Of a DNA stretch of 64,000 nt, positions 28,716 to 36,751 are shown one piece after another. The stretch is from contig JBBRCQ010000002.1 in NCBI GenBank assembly GCA_038204725.1, forward strand, positions 50,846 through 114,845, written 5' to 3'. How positions within the stretch are numbered: the first letter of the stretch is position 1; each line of letters begins with the position of its first letter. A model generated the notes under the pieces. The model was not told where the DNA came from, searched no databases, and was given only the letters and a program-made list of their open reading frames with translations. A program made the position numbers and the translations under genes. This DNA is from Bacteroidales bacterium (GTDB taxonomy: Bacteria; Bacteroidota; Bacteroidia; Bacteroidales; JACABE01).

Positions 28716-29054
28716 TCAGAATTTCAATATCTTTTTAAAGATTCTGAAAAAGTTTTCTTCATTCGTATTGAATTCTCCAGTAGAATTCAAAAATTTGAAA
28801 ATTTCAGCAATGATTTTCTCAGCATTTTTTTCAGTATTAAAAAACTGCTCACGAAAAGATAAAATAGTTTCTATCCTTTCGATATCAGTATCTTTCTCAA
28901 ATATTTTATGAATATGCTGGTATTCTGTTTTGGTTGCTTTTAAAAGTATGCTTTCTTTTTCTTCTTTTGTAAGCTCAAAATCAGCATTGGCGGCAAATAA
29001 GAGTAGATACACCTTAAATTCGTGAGCATTCCAATTTAATATATTTTCATTCAT
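28716..29054 (-). CDS. Hypothetical helical protein
   Basis: 112 aa. No recognisable motif. Confidence 0.45.
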   Translation of the reverse strand: MNENILNWNAHEFKVYLLLFAANADFELTKEEKESILLKATKTEYQHIHKIFEKDTDIERIETILSFREQFFNTEKNAEKIIAEIFKFLNSTGEFNTNEENFFRIFKKILKF

Positions 29055-29158
29055 AGGTTTATTTTTAATGATTTATAGTGTAAATTGTTACATAGTTTTT
29101 CCTCTTTAAATGGGAAGGAAGCATATATGTTTTTGTTCACAAATTTCAATACAAAAAT

Positions 29159-29521
29159 TTATTCATCACTTTCGTCCATATCTTCGCTAATACTATCGGG
29201 CTCAATTTGATCAGAACCTAAATCTTCTTGTTCACTTTCGCTGTTTTCGGCCTCGGCAGCTTTTTCGGCAGCTCCGGAAACACCGCGAAATAGTAACTTG
29301 TCGAAATCTTCTTCGCTCATTTTATTGTCAACCTTTACATTTACTTTTACCAGAAAAGCGGCATCATCGGTATCTAATGGAACTACATAAATTACATCTT
29401 TATTGGGTTTTGTAATTTTTGTAATATAATCAGAATAACCATAAGGATACTTTTCTTTAAATGCTTCCAAAGCTTCAAGTGGAAGATTGTGATAACTAAT
29501 AATCACCTTTTTTTTATCCAT
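29159..29521 (-). CDS. Hypothetical protein with highly acidic C-terminal tail
   Basis: 120 aa. The tail reads AEAENSESEQEDLGSDQIEPDSISEDMDESDE. Confidence 0.5.
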   Translation of the reverse strand: MDKKKVIISYHNLPLEALEAFKEKYPYGYSDYITKITKPNKDVIYVVPLDTDDAAFLVKVNVKVDNKMSEEDFDKLLFRGVSGAAEKAAEAENSESEQEDLGSDQIEPDSISEDMDESDE

Positions 29522-29608
29522 CGTTTTACTATTCTTTTATTTTGCAATAATATTCATTTTTTTTAATAGAAAAAATAAAATTAATATTATTTTAGTATTT
29601 TTTTACTT

Positions 29609-30490
29609 TTATTTATAAATTTCTTTTTTTGCTGCTTTCAATGTATTCTGAAGTAGCGCTACAATCGTCATTAAACCAACTCCTCCCGGAACAGGTGAAA
29701 TAAAACTGCATTTTTTCGAAACGTTTGCAAAATCCACATCTCCAATTATTTTATACCCGGATTTTGTTTTGGTTGATTCAACACGATGAATACCAACATC
29801 AATCACAACAGCACCTCCTTTAACCATTTCAGCAGTAATAAAATGGGGTTTCCCAATAGCTGCAATTAAAATGTCAGCCTGAAGTGTAATTTCTTTCAGG
29901 TTTTTTGTTTTACTGTGACAAAGGGTAACGGTTGCATTGGCAAACTTGTTATTGCGTGACATCAAAATGCTAACAGGAGTTCCTACAATGTTGCTTCTTC
30001 CTATTACAACGCAATGTTTACCTTCAGTCTCAATTTTACTCCTTTCAAGCATTTGCATGATACCGTGAGGTGTTGCCGGAAGATAGGAGGGAAGACCTGC
30101 AAGCATCCTGCCACTATTGATGGGGTGAAATCCGTCTACATCTTTTTTTGGATCTATACTTTCAATAACTTTTTCAACAGAAATGTGATTTGGTAATGGC
30201 AATTGAACAATAAATCCATCAATTTCTTCATCATTATTTAAAAATTCAATTGCTTTTAACAGGTCTTTTTCTGTTATCGTTTCAGGATAGTGATAAACAG
30301 AAGAGATATATCCAACTTCTTTACAAGATCTTTCTTTACTTGCAACATAAGTTTGACTTGCGGGATCTTCTCCAACCAGAATTGCAGCTAAATGTGGTGC
30401 ATTTTTGCCCTCGTCAATCATTTTCCTTACTTCGTTAGCGATTTCATTCTTTATTTCATCGGCTATCAATTTACCGTCTATTATTTTCAT
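29609..30490 (-). CDS. folD: Bifunctional methylenetetrahydrofolate dehydrogenase/methenyl-THF cyclohydrolase
   Basis: 293 aa with LAAILVGEDPASQTYV, QLPLP and VIGRSNIVGTPV. Confidence 0.92.
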   Translation of the reverse strand: MKIIDGKLIADEIKNEIANEVRKMIDEGKNAPHLAAILVGEDPASQTYVASKERSCKEVGYISSVYHYPETITEKDLLKAIEFLNNDEEIDGFIVQLPLPNHISVEKVIESIDPKKDVDGFHPINSGRMLAGLPSYLPATPHGIMQMLERSKIETEGKHCVVIGRSNIVGTPVSILMSRNNKFANATVTLCHSKTKNLKEITLQADILIAAIGKPHFITAEMVKGGAVVIDVGIHRVESTKTKSGYKIIGDVDFANVSKKCSFISPVPGGVGLMTIVALLQNTLKAAKKEIYK

Positions 30491-30500
30491 AGTTGATGAT

Positions 30501-30569
30501 TGGTTATTTGTTAATTGTTAATTGTTAGTGGTAATTTGGGATTAGGTTAATAAGTCCGAAGTCCGAAGT
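30501..30569. repeat. Phased heptamers TGGTTAT TTGTTAA TTGTTAA TTGTTAG TGGTAAT ... (30501-30549), then GTCCGAA x2.3 (30554-30569)
   Basis: Direct reading. The array begins 10 nt upstream of the folD start and reads AACAATT/AACCAAT in the sense orientation. Confidence 0.85.
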
Positions 30570-30616
30570 AAAAAATACTTTTGTCATAAAAGAAGTAGAA
30601 GTACAGTCATTATTTA

Positions 30617-30646
30617 CTGATCACTGATCACTGTTCACTGATAACT
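30617..30646. repeat. Heptamer array CTGATCA CTGATCA CTGTTCA CTGATAA
   Basis: Direct reading. Lies 4 nt from the ffh stop and reads AGTGAAC/AGTGATC in the sense orientation. Confidence 0.9.
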
Positions 30647-30650
30647 CATT

Positions 30651-31985
30651 TTACCTTCGTTTCATATTTCCCATAGCTTGCATCATTTTACTTCCTTTGC
30701 CGCCGCTCATCATTTTCATCATTTTACGTGTTTCATCAAATTGTTTGATTAAGCGGTTTACTTCCTGGATATCGGTTCCACTTCCAACGGCCACTCTTTT
30801 TCTGCGGCTTCCGTTTAAAAGTGCAGGATTTGCTCTTTCTTTCGGTGTCATGGAAGTGATAATGGCTTCAATGCTTTTGAAAGCATCATCATCAATATCT
30901 ACATCTTTCAGCATTTTTCCCATACCAGGAATCATGCCTACCAGGTCTTTCATGTTTCCCATTTTTTTAATTTGTTTGATTTGAGAAAGAAAATCATCGA
31001 AATTAAAAGTATCCTGTTGTATCTTTTTCTGTAGTTTTTTAGCGGCTTCTTCATCAAATTGTTCCTGAGCACGTTCTACCAGTGAAACAATATCACCCAT
31101 TCCCAAAATACGGTCGGCCATACGTTCGGGGTAGAAAACATCCAAAGCATCCATTTTTTCGCCAATACCTACAAATTTGATTGGTTTTTCAACAACTGCG
31201 CGAATGGTAAGTGCTGCACCTCCTCTTGTATCGCCATCTAATTTTGTAAGGATCACTCCATCAAAATTTAAGATGTCGTTGAATGTTTTGGCTGTATTTA
31301 CGGCATCCTGTCCTGTCATGGCATCCACAACAAAAAGAGTTTCCTGAGGGTTGACTTCTTTTTTGATGGCAGCTATTTCGTTCATCATTTCCTGGTCGAT
31401 AGCCAAACGACCAGCTGTATCAATAATTACTGTTGTAATGCCTTTTTCTCTTGCATACGTAATTGCTTTTTTAGCAATTTGTACAGGTTCTTTGCTATCG
31501 ATCTGGGAAAATACTTCAACGCCGATTTGTTCGCCCAGTACTTTTAACTGTTCAATAGCAGCAGGGCGGTAAACATCACAAGCAACCAACAAAACATTGC
31601 GTCCTTTTTTGGTTTTCAGATAATTCGCTAATTTAGCAGAAAAAGTAGTTTTACCTGAACCTTGCAAACCCGACATTAAAATAATAGCAGGACTTCCTTT
31701 AAGGTTAATTTCAACTTTTTCGCCACCCATCAATGCAGCCAGTTCGTCGTGAACTATTTTTACCATTAACTGACTGGGAGATATAGCTGTAAGTACGTTC
31801 TGACCTAACGCTTTTTCTTTCACCGTTTCGGTAAACTGTTTTGCAATTTTAAAACTTACATCGGCATCCAGCAATGCTTTTCTGACTTCCTTGAGGGTTT
31901 CAGCTACATTGATTTCAGTAATACGTCCTTGTCCTTTAAGAACTTTAAATGCTCTGTCGAATTTCTCACTTAAACTTTCAAACAT
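30651..31985 (-). CDS. ffh: Signal recognition particle protein
   Basis: 444 aa. GTPase motifs GLQGSGKTT, DTAGR and TKLDGD. Met-rich M domain (MKMMSGGKGSKMMQAMGNM). Confidence 0.95.
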   Translation of the reverse strand: MFESLSEKFDRAFKVLKGQGRITEINVAETLKEVRKALLDADVSFKIAKQFTETVKEKALGQNVLTAISPSQLMVKIVHDELAALMGGEKVEINLKGSPAIILMSGLQGSGKTTFSAKLANYLKTKKGRNVLLVACDVYRPAAIEQLKVLGEQIGVEVFSQIDSKEPVQIAKKAITYAREKGITTVIIDTAGRLAIDQEMMNEIAAIKKEVNPQETLFVVDAMTGQDAVNTAKTFNDILNFDGVILTKLDGDTRGGAALTIRAVVEKPIKFVGIGEKMDALDVFYPERMADRILGMGDIVSLVERAQEQFDEEAAKKLQKKIQQDTFNFDDFLSQIKQIKKMGNMKDLVGMIPGMGKMLKDVDIDDDAFKSIEAIITSMTPKERANPALLNGSRRKRVAVGSGTDIQEVNRLIKQFDETRKMMKMMSGGKGSKMMQAMGNMKRR

Positions 31986-32065
31986 ATCTTTTCATTATTT
32001 TTAAGGAGTGCAAAATTAATAAAAAAGAATACAATATGCTGATAAAATAATAAGGATATACATAT

Positions 32066-32097
32066 TTTGACAAATCCAAAATAAAATTGTAACTTTG
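32066..32097 (+). promoter_or_regulatory. Candidate promoter for efp (-33 TTTG at 32066-32069; -7 TAACTTTG at 32090-32097)
   Basis: Both Bacteroidota sigma-A consensus elements are present with 20-nt spacing. The ATG at 32131 is 34 nt downstream. Confidence 0.5.
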
Positions 32098-32130
32098 CAT
32101 GCTTTTTTGTAAAACAATTAATAAAATGTA

Positions 32131-32700
32131 ATGGCAACAACACAAGATTTTAAGAACGGATTATGTATAGAATTTAATGGAGAATTATTTTCCATATTTG
32201 AGTTTCAACATGTCAAACCGGGTAAAGGACCTGCTTTTGTACGTACGAAATTAAAAAATTTAAAAACGGGCAAAGTAATACCCAATACTTTTACAGCCGG
32301 TGTAAAAATTGATATTGCACGGGTTGAAAGAAGACCGTATCAGTTTTTATATAAAGAAGATGGTGGATATAATTTTATGCATGCCGAAACTTTCGAACAA
32401 CTTTTAATTGATGAGGCGATCATCAATGCACCACAGTTCTTAAAAGAAGGTCAGACTGTTGAAATTACAGTTCATGCTGACACTGAAACTCCATTACAAT
32501 GTGAATTGCCTGCATTTGTAGAAATGATAATTACTTATACCGAGCCCGGTGAAAAAGGTAATACAGCCACCAATGTTATGAAAGAAGCTACTGTTGAAAC
32601 AGGAGCTATCATCAGAGTACCTTTGTTTATTGCTGAAGGTGAAAGAATCAAAGTAGATACACGCACAGGTGTTTATGCAGAAAGAGTAAAATCTTTTTAA
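32131..32700 (+). CDS. efp: Elongation factor P
   Basis: 189 aa starting [48 protein letters not shown]. Confidence 0.95.
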   Translation: MATTQDFKNGLCIEFNGELFSIFEFQHVKPGKGPAFVRTKLKNLKTGKVIPNTFTAGVKIDIARVERRPYQFLYKEDGGYNFMHAETFEQLLIDEAIINAPQFLKEGQTVEITVHADTETPLQCELPAFVEMIITYTEPGEKGNTATNVMKEATVETGAIIRVPLFIAEGERIKVDTRTGVYAERVKSF

Positions 32701-32735
32701 ATAATAAAATCTTTAAACAATATAACAAATAAAAG

Positions 32736-33683
32736 ATGAAATTATCGGTCCCATTAAAATTAAAAGAAGTAGCTTCGCTCATTAAAGCTGAATTTGAAGG
32801 CAATCCTGATTTTTTAATTACAGGAATCAATGAAATTCACATGGTTAAAGCCGGTGATTTAACTTTTGTTGATCATCCTAAATACTACAAAAAGGCACTT
32901 TCTTCAAAAGCAACTACCATTATTATTAATGCAAAAGTTGAATGTCCCGAAAATAAAGCCTTGCTTTTTTGTGAGGATCCATTTGAGGCTTATGTTTCTT
33001 TGGTAAGAAAATTCAGAGGCTTTCAGCCTTCTGCCTCTATTATCAGTCCAACTGCCCAGATAGGTGAAGGATCAATTATTCAGCCGGGAGCTTTTGTAGG
33101 CAATCATGTAAAAATAGGTAAAAATTGTATTATTCATGCCAACGTAAGTATATACGATTATACTGAGATTGGAAATAATGTAATCATTCATTCAAATACA
33201 GTAATTGGTGCTGATGCATATTATTTTCAACGCAAGCCTCAAGGTTATCGTAAAATGGAATCCTGTGGCAAGGTAGTTATTTCCGACGATGTTGAAATAG
33301 GTGCTTTGTGTGCAATTGACAAAGGCGTATCGGGAGATACTTTTATCGGTAAAGGTACCAAATTTGACAATCAGGTTCAGATAGGTCATGATACCCGTAT
33401 CGGTAAAAATTGTTTGATAGGTTCGCAATCTGCCATTGCAGGTGTTACTGTTATCGAGGATGATGTTATTATTTGGGCTAAAGTATCTATTAATAAAGAT
33501 TTAGTGGTAGGTAAAGGTGCTGTAGTACTAGCAACTTCAGGCGTTGATAAAAATTTGGAAGGAAATAAAGTTTACTTCGGTATTCCTGCTGATGAAGCAA
33601 GAAAAAAATGGAAAGAAATTGCTTACATGAAGCTGATTCCTGATTTTATGGAAAGCTGGAAAAAAGAATGTAAAGAATTATAA
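32736..33683 (+). CDS. lpxD: UDP-3-O-acylglucosamine N-acyltransferase
   Basis: 315 aa. LpxD-type N-domain (LKEVASLIKAEFEGNPDFLITGINEI), then hexapeptide repeats. Confidence 0.8.
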   Translation: MKLSVPLKLKEVASLIKAEFEGNPDFLITGINEIHMVKAGDLTFVDHPKYYKKALSSKATTIIINAKVECPENKALLFCEDPFEAYVSLVRKFRGFQPSASIISPTAQIGEGSIIQPGAFVGNHVKIGKNCIIHANVSIYDYTEIGNNVIIHSNTVIGADAYYFQRKPQGYRKMESCGKVVISDDVEIGALCAIDKGVSGDTFIGKGTKFDNQVQIGHDTRIGKNCLIGSQSAIAGVTVIEDDVIIWAKVSINKDLVVGKGAVVLATSGVDKNLEGNKVYFGIPADEARKKWKEIAYMKLIPDFMESWKKECKEL

Positions 33684-33717
33684 AAAAAAGCGGGACTATT
33701 AAGTTCCGCTTTTTTTT
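33682..33717. terminator. Bidirectional rho-independent terminator between lpxD and the convergent O-antigen-ligase-like gene
   Basis: A8 - AGCGGGAC-tattaa-GTTCCGCT - T8. Confidence 0.8.
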
Positions 33718-33755
33718 ATAAATATTGTAAGATGCATTTAGCGTAACATTTTAAT

Positions 33756-35222
33756 TTAACTACCGTTTCTATTCGAATTATGATTTAAGGCTATATTTTC
33801 AGTTTCTCCTTTTTTAAGATGATACACATCCAAAGCAACAATCATGGCAATAAATCCCCAAAATGGCACTGATGCTTTATCGGTATCCAGGAAGTTGTTC
33901 AGAAATCCATGCGTATAATACGTAATTAAACTTAATAAAGCAATCATCGTTAATAGCTTTATCTTTTTGTCATTCGACCCCCGGTATACTTTAAAAGCTG
34001 TGTAAATTGCTGTGATTGCAATAGCCAGTACTGACAATAAACCCAAAACACCTGTTTCGGCAAGTGGACCGATATATTCACTGTGTGCATTCCCTCTGTT
34101 TCCGGCATTGGTGCTTATTATTGTTCTTTCATAAGAATATTGAAACGGAGCATAACAAAACTGATAGGTGCCGGGACCAAATCCCCAAAAAGGCCGTTCT
34201 TTAAACATTCTGAATGCTGCTTCCCAACGATTCAATCTTTCAAGATTGGAAGCATCTGTTGAGATATTCGACATGGATTGAAGATGTTCAACCAGATTTT
34301 CGGAGGTATCCTGTTTATTCTTCTCCAGTTTCATGATAATATCGGTGCGAAGCATAAATAATAAACCAATACATATAACCAAAGTTAGCAGTATCCATTT
34401 ACGTTTGATTTTCAATTTAATGATTAACATAACTCCAAAGGCTGCAGCCAGACCCAGCCATGCTGCCCGGCTGTATGATAGATACAATCCGCCCAATAAT
34501 ATCACTGAGGTTATAAATGTGAAAAATCGTTGTATGTTTGAATACGATTTGTCAAAAAGAAAACCAAGTATAACCGGAATGAAAAAAGCAATCATTACTC
34601 CATAAGCAGTGTGATCGTTGTAAAAAGGATCCATAATCCAGTGACCAATATCTTCGCTGAAATTATATTTTGCATGCTTGATGGTTGTATAAATGATGAC
34701 AATGCTTAATGATAGCATATACATCCACGAAAATATTTTGAAGTTTTTTAAGTTTTTAAAAAGTTGAGTGGCCAAAAAGAAAAATGGTACTATAAACCAT
34801 AATTTAGCAATCAGAAACTTAAATGAAACCAATGGAATTTCACTGGTAATACTCGTTAAAAACATCCAGGATAAATAAAATAAAATAGCAATAGTAACAG
34901 GATGTTTAATAATTTTGATGTCATAAGCCTGATCAAAAAAGAGTTTGTACAGATAGATGATCAATACACCAACCATAAGTGGTTCTGTAGGTAAAGCAAT
35001 CCCCAGCTGAGCATCATAATTGCTTAATGTTACCGAAAGTGGAGTTAATAATGTAATTAATAATAATACTTTGTCTAATGAAGTAAAATACATCAACAAC
35101 AAAAAACCTAGTAAAGGAATAGCCATGAACCAGAAAAATTCATTGGCAATCAATATGGCATTGATCAGGATAAATACCCCGCTAATGCTATAAATAATAC
35201 ATAGTTTTTGTTTATTTGTCAA
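33756..35222 (-). CDS. O-antigen ligase/Wzy_C-domain membrane protein
   Basis: 488 aa, multi-TM, with YSRAAWLGLAAAF and NAHSEYIGPLAETGVLG motifs. Confidence 0.65.
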   Translation of the reverse strand: MTNKQKLCIIYSISGVFILINAILIANEFFWFMAIPLLGFLLLMYFTSLDKVLLLITLLTPLSVTLSNYDAQLGIALPTEPLMVGVLIIYLYKLFFDQAYDIKIIKHPVTIAILFYLSWMFLTSITSEIPLVSFKFLIAKLWFIVPFFFLATQLFKNLKNFKIFSWMYMLSLSIVIIYTTIKHAKYNFSEDIGHWIMDPFYNDHTAYGVMIAFFIPVILGFLFDKSYSNIQRFFTFITSVILLGGLYLSYSRAAWLGLAAAFGVMLIIKLKIKRKWILLTLVICIGLLFMLRTDIIMKLEKNKQDTSENLVEHLQSMSNISTDASNLERLNRWEAAFRMFKERPFWGFGPGTYQFCYAPFQYSYERTIISTNAGNRGNAHSEYIGPLAETGVLGLLSVLAIAITAIYTAFKVYRGSNDKKIKLLTMIALLSLITYYTHGFLNNFLDTDKASVPFWGFIAMIVALDVYHLKKGETENIALNHNSNRNGS

Positions 35223-35240
35223 TGATAATAAAATTGAGAA

Positions 35241-36263
35241 TTAGGATTTCAAAATGTTTTTCTTATAAATATTTTCGATAAATATGAGCACCAGTATGGA
35301 AAGCATAAATGCAGAAAAAGATGAAACCAGTACGATTAACCAGCGAACAGGTGTTGTTTTCTTTTCAGCGATATAAGCTGAATCAACTACAAATTTCTGT
35401 GGCATATATTCTTCAGCATCTATTTTGGCTTCATCATATTTTGATTTAACCCTGCTTAATTGTTCTATTTTGTATACAAGCAGGTTGCGTAAAGTAACAT
35501 AGATGCCGCCATATTTCGACAACGTATCAAGTTTTGCATTTAGGCTCTTAATGCCTGCTTTGTTTGCTTTACCTATCTGAATGGCTAATTCCTGATTTGT
35601 CATTTCAGCCTGGGTTTCATAATCGTTGATTCCTTTTTCACGTATAATTTTCAGGGAATCATTGATATAAGCTATTTCTTTTTGGATGCTTTCATAATTT
35701 GTCTTTACGATTTCAAAACCTCTGATTGCACGTTCTTTTTGCATTGCATTTTTGGTAGAATCCAATAAATTGGAAATGGTATTGGCGATATCTGCAGCCA
35801 TTTTAGGGTCTTTGTCCAATACCGAAATCTCAACTGCCATAAATTCGGTTCTCTTAAAACTGATGTTGTCTTTATATTCCAGATTCAAATAGGTATTTTT
35901 GAATTTTGCATCTGCTTTGATGTTATAATGTTTAGCCAGATCAAAGCGTTGGATTACCTTATCTCTGATTATACTTGAGTTTAATATCTGTAATAATTGC
36001 TCAGCTTGTTCTTCTTCTCCAAAATCAAGAATATCTGTTTTATTTCCGGGATTTTCACTCAATAAAGCTTTAGAAATGGAATTGGATGAAGTTGGGAATA
36101 AGATTACTGTTGATTTAAATTTTGGTGTAATTAAAAATGATGCTGCTGCTGATAGAATTGCAGATGCCAATGTAACTATTATTAGTGTTTTACGCCAATT
36201 CCATAAAAAAATAAAAAAATTGGTCGAATTAAAATCAGTAGTATTTTTATTGATTTCTGTCAT
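35241..36263 (-). CDS. Polysaccharide chain-length determinant (Wzz-like, PCP family)
   Basis: 340 aa. N- and C-terminal TM helices flank a long coiled region, in glycan-locus context. Confidence 0.6.
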   Translation of the reverse strand: MTEINKNTTDFNSTNFFIFLWNWRKTLIIVTLASAILSAAASFLITPKFKSTVILFPTSSNSISKALLSENPGNKTDILDFGEEEQAEQLLQILNSSIIRDKVIQRFDLAKHYNIKADAKFKNTYLNLEYKDNISFKRTEFMAVEISVLDKDPKMAADIANTISNLLDSTKNAMQKERAIRGFEIVKTNYESIQKEIAYINDSLKIIREKGINDYETQAEMTNQELAIQIGKANKAGIKSLNAKLDTLSKYGGIYVTLRNLLVYKIEQLSRVKSKYDEAKIDAEEYMPQKFVVDSAYIAEKKTTPVRWLIVLVSSFSAFMLSILVLIFIENIYKKNILKS

Positions 36264-36338
36264 ATAAATTGAATTTTTCAGGCAAAAATAGGAAATTTTA
36301 TTGATATAGCGTTAAAGAGATTGAGTTTTTAGTGATTA

Positions 36339-36377
36339 GGTTAATGGGTTATTGGGTTACTGAGCTTTTTACTCAGT
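36339..36377. repeat. Mosaic modules A (GGTTAAT GGGTTAT TGGGTTA) and B (hairpin ACTGAG-N7-CTCAGT)
   Basis: Direct reading. The counterpart in inverted orientation is at 63387-63415. Confidence 0.85.
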
Positions 36378-36420
36378 CACGAGCTGCAATTTCTTACGAA
36401 GTAAGGTTTCTGAGTGAGAT

Positions 36421-36537
36421 CGACGCTAAGCGACAGCTCAGTCCCGAGCCACAATTTCTCGACGCTAAGCGACAGCTTAGTCCCGAGCCACAATTTCTCG
36501 ACGCTAAGCGACAGCTTAGTCCCGAGCTACAATTTCT
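36421..36537. repeat. Mosaic module C: 39-nt unit x3 head-to-tail (CGACGCTAAGCGACAGCTYAGTCCCGAGCYACAATTTCT)
   Basis: Units at 36421, 36460 and 36499, with a partial copy at 36378-36403. Each contains the hairpin CTAAGC-N4-GCTTAG. Confidence 0.95.
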
Positions 36538-36550
36538 TACGAAGTATGAG

Positions 36551-36636
36551 TTAGAAATTGTTATTCGGGAAGTTAGAAATTGTTATTCGGGAAGTTAGAA
36601 ATTGTTATTCGGGAAGTTAGAAATTGTTATTCGGGA
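36551..36636. repeat. Mosaic module D: 22-nt unit x4 (TTAGAAATTGTTATTCGGGAAG)
   Basis: Units at 36551, 36573, 36595 and 36617. They abut with no spacers. Confidence 0.95.
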
Positions 36637-36684
36637 TTGAGTTATTTTAGTCTATTAGGCTATTAATAACTGATAACTATTTAG

Positions 36685-36747
36685 CTGTTCACTATTCACT
36701 ATTCACTATTCACTTTTCACTTTTCGCTGTTCACTGTTCACTATTCG
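36685..36747. repeat. Mosaic module E: nine phased heptamers (CTGTTCA/CTATTCA/CTTTTCA...)
   Basis: Direct reading. The array ends 4 nt from the flippase stop codon at 36752 and reads AGTGAAY in the sense orientation. Confidence 0.95.
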
Positions 36748-36751
36748 CCTA

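Noticed and set aside
36332-36598. Track ORF 36332..36598 (88 aa, DAKRQLSPEPQFL x3)
   Set aside because: Its periodic peptide only mirrors the 39-nt DNA repeat (39 is divisible by 3), and it lies in a spacer between minus-strand genes.
36421-36636. The 39-nt x3 and 22-nt x4 repeat blocks, considered as a possible CRISPR array
   Set aside because: The units abut head-to-tail with no unique spacers, and no cas genes are nearby. They are tandem repeats.
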